A stretch of 64,000 bases of DNA from a virus. Location: positions 1 through 64,000 of IMG/VR virus record IMGVR_UViG_3300032242_000818; one strand, given 5' to 3'. Below are positions 19,151-28,002 of this stretch, one piece after another. The translations under genes and the position numbers were made by a program. The notes below the pieces were generated by a model, which worked only from the letters and a program-made list of their open reading frames with translations, ran no database searches and was not told the origin of the DNA. Numbering within the stretch: the stretch's first letter is position 1; every line of letters starts with the position of its first letter.

Positions 19151-19308
19151 TTGGTGCTACCTCCGTAGAGTTGCGCTTCTAGTTGACCGATACGAATATT
19201 TGCCATCGCCAGTTGGTGGTTGGCTAGACCGAGTTGGATTTCCATGGCTTTCATTGCTTCAATCAGTTCTAGAAATGCTTTGGTTTCTTGTTGTTGGAGA
19301 GTGTCCAT
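19147..19308 (-). CDS. small coiled-coil protein
   Basis: Start moved to MDTLQQQ. Confidence 0.5.
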   Translation of the reverse strand: MDTLQQQETKAFLELIEAMKAMEIQLGLANHQLAMANIRIGQLEAQLYGGSTK

Positions 19309-19309
19309 A

Positions 19310-19507
19310 TTATTTCCTATAAATGTCAAACGAATGAGCGTCACGCTTACGAGTGGAGCAACGCATGCTATCATAACGAGGACCACGAAATATATATCGA
19401 ATTCCTGTAATGTTCTTACGGAAATGGGCTTGCACTTCCTTCAGTCGATCGATCGGGATACCTTTGTATAGGGGTAAACCTACGGATTGATACTGTTCTA
19501 AATTCAT
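19310..19507 (-). CDS. hypothetical protein
   Basis: YKGIP, RYIFRGPR. Confidence 0.55.
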   Translation of the reverse strand: MNLEQYQSVGLPLYKGIPIDRLKEVQAHFRKNITGIRYIFRGPRYDSMRCSTRKRDAHSFDIYRK

Positions 19508-19719
19508 AGCAATTTCCTTGTGTAAATATTCATCTCATGACCCATTGATTCAATCTCTTCATCAAGATCGCAATCATCTACCTCATCCTCAGGGATATCA
19601 TAGTACTCACGGATGATGGCAAACTTTTCTTTCTCGGCTGCTTCATACGTAGTATAAACTCCCAGCACTTCAGTGCCATCTTCGTTTGTACCAACCAACA
19701 CATAAACAAAATCTGTCAT
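19504..19719 (-). CDS. acidic hypothetical protein
   Basis: Start moved to MTDFVYVL; LGVY.T.E.A motif. Confidence 0.55.
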   Translation of the reverse strand: MTDFVYVLVGTNEDGTEVLGVYTTYEAAEKEKFAIIREYYDIPEDEVDDCDLDEEIESMGHEMNIYTRKLL

Positions 19720-19720
19720 A

Positions 19721-19972
19721 TCAATATTCCTTCTTATCACCAAATCGTTCATTGTATTCGTAGCCCATGAAGTACGCACGCAGTTGAATCCCATGCATAT
19801 CGCTGGCTTCAACACGATCGCATTCATATGTTCCCTCAGGATACCAATGTGGATCTTGCGGACGACCATAATAAGAGTCAGCTGAACCACGATCAAAGGG
19901 CGAACCATGTGAGCGATCAAACAGTTCACCTTTGTACTCTATTGTTTTCCCGTCTGTAATAATTGCATTCAT
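19721..19972 (-). CDS. conserved phage hypothetical protein
   Basis: HGSPFDRGSADSYYGR..DPH, AY..GY..NE..GD.K. Confidence 0.7.
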   Translation of the reverse strand: MNAIITDGKTIEYKGELFDRSHGSPFDRGSADSYYGRPQDPHWYPEGTYECDRVEASDMHGIQLRAYFMGYEYNERFGDKKEY

Positions 19973-19989
19973 AATATATCCTTTCAAGA

Positions 19990-20886
19990 TTAAGCAGTCA
20001 ACATGTAAGTAGCGAGGTCTTTCCAATCTTTGTTGGAAGCACGAACCTTGGCAACAGCGATCAAAGTGCGCAAAGAGATTTCTTTCACGTCGTCTTTGAT
20101 AGCACGAATCAAGGCGAGAGCATCGGCTTTCACAGAAGAATCGTACTCAGGCAAGAACTCATCCAACTTGGAGATATGTTCCATGCGGTCAATCTTTTGG
20201 TTGGTAGTCATAGACAAGTCAATCATCATCGAGCGACTACGGATCGCTTGGTCGATTTTGTCTTGGTTCATGTTAGAAATAAAGATAACACGACCTTCGA
20301 AGTTGAATGACTTAGGCAGATCGTCATCACGCATATCTGCGTTCCAAGAGATGATACGCTTACCGTATGAATCAAGAGCACCTTTGAGGATGTTGAGGGC
20401 AACTGGATCTTTGAGGACGGCATCGCAGTCATCGAACACGATGATAGACTTATTGTTTTCGAACAGGGTACGATACAAACCTTTGGCAGTGCTATAACCT
20501 TTGACGAAAGTAAAGCATTTGCGAGTATTGATAACAGCACCGACTTGGAAGTCAGCGAGGTCAGAGATATCTTTGTAGCCATTGGCTTCCAAAGTCTTAG
20601 TAACAGTGTAAGTCTTACCGAGACCACCTTCACCAGTGATCACAGCGGATGGCTGAACACCAGAGGCAACCATGTTAACCAATTTCTCAACGAAACCGAA
20701 ACGAGTATTGATATCGAACTTCTCAGACTTTTCTTCGAAAGCCTTCTGGGCTTCAACGATAGTACCAGACATCTCAGCAAGGCGAGATTTAACAGCAGAT
20801 TCGTACTTAGATTTAACAACGACTTTACCGTCAACAGTACCGACGAATTTACCAGAAGCAGAGTCAAAGGAGATAAGAGTTTTCAT
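19990..20886 (-). CDS. AAA-type P-loop ATPase, early protein
   Basis: GEGGLGKT Walker A, IVFDDCD Walker B, LKGALDS, IFISN, AIRSR. Confidence 0.85.
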   Translation of the reverse strand: MKTLISFDSASGKFVGTVDGKVVVKSKYESAVKSRLAEMSGTIVEAQKAFEEKSEKFDINTRFGFVEKLVNMVASGVQPSAVITGEGGLGKTYTVTKTLEANGYKDISDLADFQVGAVINTRKCFTFVKGYSTAKGLYRTLFENNKSIIVFDDCDAVLKDPVALNILKGALDSYGKRIISWNADMRDDDLPKSFNFEGRVIFISNMNQDKIDQAIRSRSMMIDLSMTTNQKIDRMEHISKLDEFLPEYDSSVKADALALIRAIKDDVKEISLRTLIAVAKVRASNKDWKDLATYMLTA

Positions 20887-20915
20887 AGTTTCACTTTCAA
20901 TCAATTTATACATAT

Positions 20916-20980
20916 AGTTTACTGCAAATCTGAATTAAAGTAAAGGCATTTTTTGCATTCCCCTCAACTTTTGAGGGCTT
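20916..20980 (-). promoter_or_regulatory. early promoter with CCCT-N9-AGGG palindrome
   Basis: TTTACT(20944-39)-17-TAAACT; palindrome 20961-20977. Confidence 0.65.
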
Positions 20981-21016
20981 TACCGAGTTCAGATCCTTTT
21001 CAACTTTCATACGAAT

Positions 21017-21121
21017 ATTATACAGCTACGGTAGGTTAAAGTAAAGCGATATTTGACTGTGAAAAAAGCCTTCTAAATCAATGACTTACGAGTGTGAAAA
21101 ACCCTACAATACGTAGGGTTA
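21017..21121 (-). promoter_or_regulatory. early promoter + IHF consensus site + palindrome
   Basis: TTTACT-17-TATAAT (21045-21017); AATCAA-TGAC-TTA at 21076-21088; CCCT-N9-AGGG at 21102-21118. Confidence 0.65.
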
Positions 21122-21154
21122 TCAGTTTAGGGGTATAGGGGTGTTTACTTTGGT

Positions 21155-21364
21155 TTACGAATTCTGTTTCTGTATTCTCTCGAATTCTTCGTCCTCGGCT
21201 CTGGCATCATCAAGAACCTTTGGATCAGGTTTATCGTTTTTCCAAATCATTGCCTCATTTTCGCTGTCAAAGAATGGACTAACTACTTGGTTGTTTTCGT
21301 TCTTCCAAAAGTAGGTATACGTTTGCATCCCAGAATCACGGTATTTGATTAGAATTAAATTCAT
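21155..21364 (-). CDS. hypothetical protein
   Basis: SP.FDSE.EA..W. Confidence 0.55.
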   Translation of the reverse strand: MNLILIKYRDSGMQTYTYFWKNENNQVVSPFFDSENEAMIWKNDKPDPKVLDDARAEDEEFERIQKQNS

Positions 21365-21924
21365 AATTTATTTAATTTATCCAGTGTTACAGAATCTGGC
21401 TGCTCAAAATGAAAATTCCAAGAAAGGATTGTTTTTCTTGTTTTTCCAACTATTGGTGCTTTGTGAACGATTTCAGATGGGAATATTAAAATATCACCTT
21501 CTTTAACATCAGCAAAAAATTTTTCTTTATGAAGAAATGGTGCAACCATTTCTGTTTTCGGTGTTCCTTCTGGTAGTTCAGTATAATATACACCAACCAT
21601 CTGTTGTCCATGGATATGCCAGTCATGATAATTACTCTCATGATATTGCTGAAACCAAAGATCTGTAATGGTTGGTTTTTCATAACCAATTGCATTTCCC
21701 ATTATAATCATGTAGTTTTGTAATATTGGTTTGACAAAATTAATCCATGGTCGATCAAACTCAGTGCTACTGTGCCAATCAACTTTTTTGATAGTAGGGT
21801 TTGTTCCATCAAATGGCTCAGCATCTATCATTGATAATAGTTTTTCTTTTACCATTTCATGTTCTACCATACTTGCGGTAGCATATGCGCAAGTAATTGG
21901 ATATAATTTAACATCTATGTTCAT
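21361..21924 (-). CDS. putative 2OG-Fe(II) oxygenase
   Basis: WFQQY....H.WH.H, VYY.ELP, EGDI..FPS...H. Confidence 0.8.
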   Translation of the reverse strand: MNIDVKLYPITCAYATASMVEHEMVKEKLLSMIDAEPFDGTNPTIKKVDWHSSTEFDRPWINFVKPILQNYMIIMGNAIGYEKPTITDLWFQQYHESNYHDWHIHGQQMVGVYYTELPEGTPKTEMVAPFLHKEKFFADVKEGDILIFPSEIVHKAPIVGKTRKTILSWNFHFEQPDSVTLDKLNKL

Positions 21925-22592
21925 AATTCAATAAAGTGTTTATTAGTTTCTGGAAACATATTATATACTTCTTCTGTTATAATGTCAAACGCAATACTTA
22001 CACGTGGTTCTTCAGATTCATTAGCATCTGTCCAATGTTCAACCCATGATGGAAACAAATACATTTCTCCAGGTATATTAGTTATTTGAACTGATTGATT
22101 TTTGTTTAAATGATTTCTATAATAGGTAGATGTCCCATTTGCTCTAACACAAATATTACCAGAAACATAAGCATATTCAAATGGCGCTTTTATATGCCCA
22201 TCGCAGTGATGATGTGGTGTTATGTGTCTATTACCTTTTCTTATTACATTCGCCCAGCAGGTAATATAAACTTTTGTTGACTGAATATTGAGTGATTTAC
22301 AATATTCCAAATAACATTTACTAATATGTTTTTTTAAATCATTTAATACTGGATACTCATTTATAAATGAAAATAATGTGTATTCATATAATCTATTTGT
22401 TAACCAATCCGATGAGTCAGTCAATGGAAATGGTTTTGTTGTTTCCAAAATCTCTTTTTCTTTTTCGAGAACCAGATTATTTAATTTATCGATACCCTTA
22501 AAACCACCCTCAACAAAAAATGATTTATATACTGGTATAATAAATGCTGGTAAAAATGGAGATTTACTCTCAAATTGAAAGTAGTCAAGCAT
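21921..22592 (-). CDS. putative 2OG-Fe(II) oxygenase
   Basis: WANV, HHH, SGN, FPSW.EH.T, RVSIAFD. Confidence 0.8.
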   Translation of the reverse strand: MLDYFQFESKSPFLPAFIIPVYKSFFVEGGFKGIDKLNNLVLEKEKEILETTKPFPLTDSSDWLTNRLYEYTLFSFINEYPVLNDLKKHISKCYLEYCKSLNIQSTKVYITCWANVIRKGNRHITPHHHCDGHIKAPFEYAYVSGNICVRANGTSTYYRNHLNKNQSVQITNIPGEMYLFPSWVEHWTDANESEEPRVSIAFDIITEEVYNMFPETNKHFIEL

Positions 22593-22792
22593 TATCTGCC
22601 TCTTCCTGCCGATCTTTTCATAGGTTTATTGGCTATGTTATTTACTGCTTGTTTAACAAGTTTACCAGCTTCTTTTTTGCTTAGTCCCTTTGCTACCATA
22701 CCTTTTTTTGTTTTCTTCTTTGCTTTCTTAAGAAATTTCTCTGCGTGGTATTTTTGCGCAAATTCTGATTCTTGTTTAATTTCTTCAGTCAT
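22592..22792 (-). CDS. small basic protein
   Basis: Lys-rich, ends RSAGRGR; AAGGA RBS. Confidence 0.6.
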   Translation of the reverse strand: MTEEIKQESEFAQKYHAEKFLKKAKKKTKKGMVAKGLSKKEAGKLVKQAVNNIANKPMKRSAGRGR

Positions 22793-22803
22793 TTTATTTT
22801 CCT

Positions 22804-23466
22804 TTATTTTAAAGATACAAAAAAGTATTGATTTAATCTTTTTGGCATCTTCTCAGTCATCTTTGCGCCATGCAAAGAACCACCACGCCACGACACCATC
22901 CTATTATACACGTTTTTAACTTCGCAAGTCAACTCAAAATTATCATGATATTCTTTATGTATATTTTCATATTCTTGCAGGGTTATTTTACCTGCTTGAT
23001 AGTTTTCTTTTGGAAGAGTATAATCATTAATTGTTCTATCAATCAACTCTTGCCTACTCCAGTTTCTATCTTTCTTTAAAGTTCCAATTTGCACTCCAGT
23101 TTCTGGATCAGGATCTGGTGTCATAAAAATTTGACCACATACAATCAACTTGTATTCTTCAACAAGCATCCTACATGCATCAGGATTTTTGCCATCGATG
23201 TGCATCCAACCATAGTTAAAAATATCTATTGGATTATATGTATGTTCCATAAAGAAAGTAGTCATCCAAACATCATTTGGATTTATACCATGGATTTGAT
23301 AGATAGTATCGCAAAATCCATTATAGATTTGTGGAGATATCTCTTGGAGACTTACGCTTCGATTGCCAACACCACAACCAAAAATTGGAAATTCTCCATT
23401 TAGAATTTTAGTTATGTCTTCTGGATTATTATAAAAATTATCCAGTACTTTTAAGTCAGTTATCAT
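22804..23466 (-). CDS. 2OG-Fe(II) oxygenase-like
   Basis: VLDNFY.NP, MHID, NVYNRMV......LH, RLNQ.FF. Confidence 0.7.
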   Translation of the reverse strand: MITDLKVLDNFYNNPEDITKILNGEFPIFGCGVGNRSVSLQEISPQIYNGFCDTIYQIHGINPNDVWMTTFFMEHTYNPIDIFNYGWMHIDGKNPDACRMLVEEYKLIVCGQIFMTPDPDPETGVQIGTLKKDRNWSRQELIDRTINDYTLPKENYQAGKITLQEYENIHKEYHDNFELTCEVKNVYNRMVSWRGGSLHGAKMTEKMPKRLNQYFFVSLK

Positions 23467-24047
23467 ACGAAATTATAATTAATTATACATCTAACATCAT
23501 TAGTTGGTTTACCGCTTGAATGATATATGCTTCCATCAAAAACTGCTATCCTACCTTTTTTATATGGAATAACTTGATCAATATCAATCAACTTATTTTT
23601 TACATCATCTGGAGATGTATCGTTAGTTGTTTGTTTATATAAGATAGTATCACCATCACTATCATTCACATAATAAATTGCAACCAAAAATGGAAATGGT
23701 CTAACACCATCTATATGAGGCACAGACATTGGGTTTTTTAATGCAAGAGATAATTGTATCCTAGATGTAAGTAATGATGTAATTTTAGAATTTATTTTCT
23801 CTGCAGCAGCGTGCAATGGTTTTGTATATAAATCTAAATCTTCCACAGAAAATTTGTCATCTATTCTATATAAAGATTTTGTAAAACTAGAAACTTTTTT
23901 TTGTACTTCTTTTGTAACCTCTGGATGTGAGTGATAAAATACTGTTCGACCAAAAGTCCATTGTGTTTCTGGACTGAAAATAGTTTGCTCAATTTTGTTT
24001 TGAGTTTCTATATCTACCACATCATCTATAATAATAACATTATGCAT
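23463..24047 (-). CDS. 2OG-Fe(II) oxygenase
   Basis: PHID, YYVNDSDGDT, KGR..VFDG..YHSS..P, R.IINYN. Confidence 0.8.
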   Translation of the reverse strand: MHNVIIIDDVVDIETQNKIEQTIFSPETQWTFGRTVFYHSHPEVTKEVQKKVSSFTKSLYRIDDKFSVEDLDLYTKPLHAAAEKINSKITSLLTSRIQLSLALKNPMSVPHIDGVRPFPFLVAIYYVNDSDGDTILYKQTTNDTSPDDVKNKLIDIDQVIPYKKGRIAVFDGSIYHSSGKPTNDVRCIINYNFV

Positions 24048-24600
24048 AATTTGTCTCGAACGCTATTGAAATTCTTTCAGTATTACTTTGGTTTGATTTA
24101 ACGTAATGTGTAAGCCATGAGGGAAATATAATTAATGATCCAGGTATTGGAGGTAAAGATAATTCACTAGTATTAAACTCAGTTCTCTTGGTAATGTATT
24201 CTTTGTTAATAACATAATCAAGTGTATTTATTGGTGTAATAAATGTTATACTACCTGAATCTTCTGCACCCTTAACATAGTAAACAGCAGAGAATACTGA
24301 TTTGATATGAGCATGAGGTTGAATTATAGCAGCATTATTATTTAAATTTGCCCATGCTCTTACTACAATTTGTGTTTCTTTTAATCCAATCTCTTTAGAT
24401 ATTTTATTGGATAAATCAGTAACTGTTTTGACAATTGGCTGTAGTTCATTTAAATCTAGATAGTTACTCTGTTTTTCTTTACCACTATTACTAATCTGTT
24501 GTTTACAATATACTTCTAATGAATAGTTGTCAAAGTTTAAATTATTTTCAATAGCAACAAACGAACAGAATATTGGGTGTATATTCATATTGGTATCCAA
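24040..24600 (-). CDS. putative 2OG-Fe(II) oxygenase (TIGR02466-like)
   Basis: WAN.N, HAH, SAVYY, FPSWL.H.V, RISIAF. Confidence 0.82.
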   Translation of the reverse strand: MDTNMNIHPIFCSFVAIENNLNFDNYSLEVYCKQQISNSGKEKQSNYLDLNELQPIVKTVTDLSNKISKEIGLKETQIVVRAWANLNNNAAIIQPHAHIKSVFSAVYYVKGAEDSGSITFITPINTLDYVINKEYITKRTEFNTSELSLPPIPGSLIIFPSWLTHYVKSNQSNTERISIAFETNYA

Positions 24601-25199
24601 TGATTAAGATTTTTATAATTACCAGATTCAATTAATTTAATAGCTGGAACAATATCAAAAGCAATAGTAATTCTTGGACGAGTTTCATCATGCCATTCTG
24701 AAGACCTATGAAGATCTTCACCACTTTTGCTTAAAACAATTAGATTATCTTCACTCTTAACTTCTAATTGTAAATTATTTACTCTATATGTAGTGCTTGA
24801 ATTTGGTTCAACATCCAAACAATAAAACCCATGCCATGAGTCAAAGTCTTTTGTCCCATGGGTATGCCAATCAATAAATTGTCCTTTGTTGTAGAAATTC
24901 AACCAACATTGAATGTAATAATCTTGATATGGTTCAGTACCATATTTACTTTGATTGCATGAGTGGAAAGTTTCTTTAATTACATTGTAGAGTTTATGTA
25001 ATCCAGGAATTGGGTATAAAAGAAGATTATACTTGTTGTATAAAAACTCTCTCACGGTTTTTTGCCCATCAAAATCAGAATTGTCTTCTTGGAAATTATC
25101 TTTGATAAACTTATACATAAAATGAGATGTGGATCTCAACTCTTTCAAGTCAAGATCCACTTTTCTAGTATAGATAAAATCCGAATGTAAACTAATCAT
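24585..25199 (-). CDS. putative 2OG-Fe(II) oxygenase
   Basis: WLN, DWH.H, HGFY, HRS..W, RITIAFD. Confidence 0.75.
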   Translation of the reverse strand: MISLHSDFIYTRKVDLDLKELRSTSHFMYKFIKDNFQEDNSDFDGQKTVREFLYNKYNLLLYPIPGLHKLYNVIKETFHSCNQSKYGTEPYQDYYIQCWLNFYNKGQFIDWHTHGTKDFDSWHGFYCLDVEPNSSTTYRVNNLQLEVKSEDNLIVLSKSGEDLHRSSEWHDETRPRITIAFDIVPAIKLIESGNYKNLNHWIPI

Positions 25200-25795
25200 A
25201 ACAACAAATTACCTGCAATTGATATTCTATAATTATCGCTTGTATAAAAAGGATTAACGCAATGATTTAATTCAGAAGGAAACATAATCATTTTACCGTC
25301 ATAAGATTTATCTGTATATATTGTATGTGATTGAATACCACCAAGAACAGTATTATAATAAAACTGAAATGTCGATGCTAATGGAGCACCAGAATTTTTA
25401 ACAGAATCTCTATTCATTTCATCATTTAAATCAAATGGTATAGTTTTCCATATCACAAAACTTATATCATCTGAATGGTGATGTAATGGATTAAATTCGT
25501 ATTTACTTTGAAAATTTACCCAGAGTGATGGCATTTTAAATTTGTGTTCTTTATCACAAATAAAAAATTTATTGTTGAATACTACAAATTCTCTTGCAAT
25601 TTCTTGAACAAAATCAAAAACAACTTTTTGACATTCAATCAATTCATACTGATGTTTCAAATTACCAGCAAGAAATTTATTATAACTCTTTCCAGTAATA
25701 TTATTAATTTCTGCATCAATTGTTTGTAAAACTATTTCAGGAACATCAACAATTAAGTATCCAGGATTATCAAATTTTATGTATTCTATATTCAT
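25196..25795 (-). CDS. putative 2OG-Fe(II) oxygenase
   Basis: WVNFQ.K.EFNP.H.H, FPS.L.H.V.PFY, RISIAGN; start moved to MNIEY because the track extension lies in tRNA-Gly. Confidence 0.82.
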   Translation of the reverse strand: MNIEYIKFDNPGYLIVDVPEIVLQTIDAEINNITGKSYNKFLAGNLKHQYELIECQKVVFDFVQEIAREFVVFNNKFFICDKEHKFKMPSLWVNFQSKYEFNPLHHHSDDISFVIWKTIPFDLNDEMNRDSVKNSGAPLASTFQFYYNTVLGGIQSHTIYTDKSYDGKMIMFPSELNHCVNPFYTSDNYRISIAGNLLL

Positions 25796-25811
25796 TATAG
25801 TATTTAGTCGC

Positions 25812-25886
25812 TGGAGCAGGATATCGGATTCGAACCGATGACATTTTCGTTGGCAACGAAACATTCTACCACTGAATTAATCCTGC
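25812..25886 (-). tRNA. tRNA-Gly(GCC)
   Basis: Cloverleaf, anticodon loop TTGCCAA, CCA end. Confidence 0.92.
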
Positions 25887-25889
25887 GTA

Positions 25890-26531
25890 TTATTTTTTAC
25901 TCAAGCCCAATGCTGGTCTTTTATCATATTTCCATTCTGTATATTTACCTTCAGCATCAACATAATGAAGAAAAATTTGAAGAACTTCTTTGTCTTCTTG
26001 TAATTCTTCTCGCCAGTGCATTACTTGGTTACCATCATAAACTACCATATCTCCAGATTCCAACTCACATGGCGTTCCATCCATAAAAATAGCCCATGGA
26101 GTGTTACTATTATACACACATAAACTAGCAGACCATTCAGCACTATGTCGATCAAAATGTTTTGGCAGAGTAGAACCTTTTGAGTATATCCGTGCATAAC
26201 TAAAGCCTTCAAATAATTTAGTTTGAACTACGGATTCTACAATTGGTTTAAGATTAACAAGAATTGCTTCATTAACTGGAGCAGCATATGCAGCAAAAGA
26301 AACTGGTGAATCATAGTCACCAAAAACAGTTTTATCTTCTGTTGATTTACCAGCAAGCATATATGTAACATCCCTCTGCATATAAAATGCAGTTCTTGCT
26401 AATTCGCAAGCATCTTTACTCAACACATTTTTAATTACTTTAAATTTACCAAAAAATGGTTTAGATTTTCTATCCTCATCAGAGTCGATCATTATTAAAT
26501 CAGGATTATCTGGATCTAGTTGGGTAAACAT
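25890..26531 (-). CDS. 2OG-Fe(II) oxygenase
   Basis: SYARIY..G..L.KH.DR, GD.V.Y.G....HWRE, Q.FLHYVD. Confidence 0.82.
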   Translation of the reverse strand: MFTQLDPDNPDLIMIDSDEDRKSKPFFGKFKVIKNVLSKDACELARTAFYMQRDVTYMLAGKSTEDKTVFGDYDSPVSFAAYAAPVNEAILVNLKPIVESVVQTKLFEGFSYARIYSKGSTLPKHFDRHSAEWSASLCVYNSNTPWAIFMDGTPCELESGDMVVYDGNQVMHWREELQEDKEVLQIFLHYVDAEGKYTEWKYDKRPALGLSKK

Positions 26532-26559
26532 TTAAATTCCTTTATGATTATAACTGTAT

Positions 26560-27033
26560 TTATGCTGCCATATATGATTTATATCTATCAGCAGCATATG
26601 ATGCAGCGAATGCTTTTGGCTTTACCATTGGTACTACATTACACATACCTTTGATATAACCAACTGCTTCATTTATAACGCATGAAGATCCATGCATTTC
26701 ATTTGGGTTAATATCCAGATGAACTTCCACTTCACGATCTTCCAATACATCATGTAATTTTAAATACAATTCCGCAATCTTATAAACTTCATTCATTAGA
26801 CGCATACGTGGCTTGTCTCGTTTCTGATCCCAGTCACGTTCACGAACTACTTCACCAAAAATTTTACAGCCATTGTTTCCATTGATATGAACAACAACAA
26901 CCATAATGTAATCTGCGTACCAATCTTTTCCTATTAGAAATCGTTCAGAGTCACCACCGATATAAACTTTGGTTTCTGGTGTCTGTGCCATGATGAATTC
27001 TCTAACTTCATCAATGTTGATCGCTTTACGCAT
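26560..27033 (-). CDS. RNase H-like YkuK-family protein
   Basis: VYIG.DS, RLMNEV, EVHLDIN, KP.AFAASYAAD. Confidence 0.8.
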   Translation of the reverse strand: MRKAINIDEVREFIMAQTPETKVYIGGDSERFLIGKDWYADYIMVVVVHINGNNGCKIFGEVVRERDWDQKRDKPRMRLMNEVYKIAELYLKLHDVLEDREVEVHLDINPNEMHGSSCVINEAVGYIKGMCNVVPMVKPKAFAASYAADRYKSYMAA

Positions 27034-27067
27034 GATTACCTCTTTTCTTATTACCTCATTAAAAACT

Positions 27068-27141
27068 TGGAGCGGAGTGAGAGAATCGAACTCTCAACAA
27101 CAGATTGGAAATCTGTAGTTTTACCATTAAACTAATCCCGC
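27068..27141 (-). tRNA. tRNA-Gly(TCC)
   Basis: Loop TTTCCAA, CCA end. Confidence 0.9.
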
Positions 27142-27144
27142 AAT

Positions 27145-27218
27145 TGGCATCCCGATAGGGACTCGAACCCCAACCAACAGTTTTGGAGACTGCTATGCTG
27201 CCATTACACCATCGAGAT
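27145..27218 (-). tRNA. tRNA-Trp(CCA)
   Basis: Loop CTCCAAA, CCA end. Confidence 0.9.
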
Positions 27219-27222
27219 ACAT

Positions 27223-27298
27223 TGGTGCCCTTGGACGGATTCGAACCGCCCACCTACTGATTACTAATCAGTTGCTCTACCAAATGAGCTACAAGGGC
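27223..27298 (-). tRNA. tRNA-Thr(AGT), A34 anticodon
   Basis: Stem ACTGA/TCAGT, loop TTAGTAA, GCC acceptor start, CCA end. Confidence 0.88.
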
Positions 27299-27302
27299 AA
27301 AC

Positions 27303-27377
27303 TGGTGGTGATGAGTGGAATCGAGCCACTAACCTACTCCGTATGAAGGAGTTGCACTACCGTTGTGCTACATCACC
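27303..27377 (-). tRNA. tRNA-Met(CAT), probably elongator
   Basis: Loop TTCATAC, paired 1-72, CCA end. Confidence 0.82.
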
Positions 27378-27559
27378 ATTGTTGAACGTACTGTTATGTG
27401 TTTAGTTGGCAGCTTTAAATTCCTGCCACCAGATCCTCAAGCATTTCAATCTATGATGGGTGGTCATAAATTCTCTCCAGATAATGGACGCTGTCTTGAC
27501 TGGCGATTATCTTCCCTAACAGTTGGGATGCCCTTTCTTTTGCTCACACATTCAACAAT
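27378..27559 (-). ncRNA. unidentified structured RNA within the tRNA array (element 1)
   Basis: Ends pair (ATTGTTGAATGT/ACGTTCAACAAT, G:U on minus strand); several internal hairpins. Confidence 0.55.
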
Positions 27560-27641
27560 GGTGCCCCAAGAGAGACTCGAACTCTCACACCGAAGTACTG
27601 GCTTCTAAGACCAGCGTGTCTACCAATTCCACCATCGGGGC
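27559..27641 (-). tRNA. tRNA-Leu(TAG)
   Basis: Loop CTTAGAA, long variable arm. Confidence 0.9.
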
Positions 27642-27648
27642 ATTCATT

Positions 27649-27726
27649 TGGTTGCAGAGGTTGGATTCGAACCAACGATTTCATGGCTTATGAGACCAGA
27701 CGGATAGACCACTTCCATACTCTGCG
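27649..27726 (-). tRNA. tRNA-fMet-like (CAT)
   Basis: C1:A72 mismatch, loop CTCATAA; anticodon stem lacks the full 3 G:C pairs. Confidence 0.78.
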
Positions 27727-27745
27727 ATAACTTACTACTTATAAT

Positions 27746-27820
27746 TGGCTCCAGAGGCAGGGATCGAACCTACGACCAATTGATTAACAGTCAACTGCAC
27801 TACCGCTGTGCTACTCTGGA
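27746..27820 (-). tRNA. tRNA-Asn(GTT)
   Basis: Loop CTGTTAA. Confidence 0.92.
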
Positions 27821-27827
27821 ATAAAAC

Positions 27828-27902
27828 TGGCGACTCGTAGGAGAATCGAACTCCTGTGTCCTGCTAGACAGGCAGGCATAATAACCATTATATTAACGAG
27901 CC
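27828..27902 (-). tRNA. tRNA-Asp(GTC)
   Basis: Loop CTGTCTA. Confidence 0.88.
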
Positions 27903-27908
27903 AAAAAA

Positions 27909-28001
27909 TGGTGGAGCAACTTGGAGTCGAACCAAGATTGTTTACCCAGAGGGACGAGATTTACAGTCTCGGGATGCACACGCCATAGCATCAATTGCTC
28001 C
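27909..28001 (-). tRNA. tRNA-Tyr(GTA)
   Basis: Loop CTGTAAA, long variable arm. Confidence 0.88.
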
Positions 28002-28002
28002 A

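Noticed and set aside
25796-25864. N-terminal extension of the 25196 ORF
   Set aside because: Lies inside tRNA-Gly(GCC); the real start is 25795.
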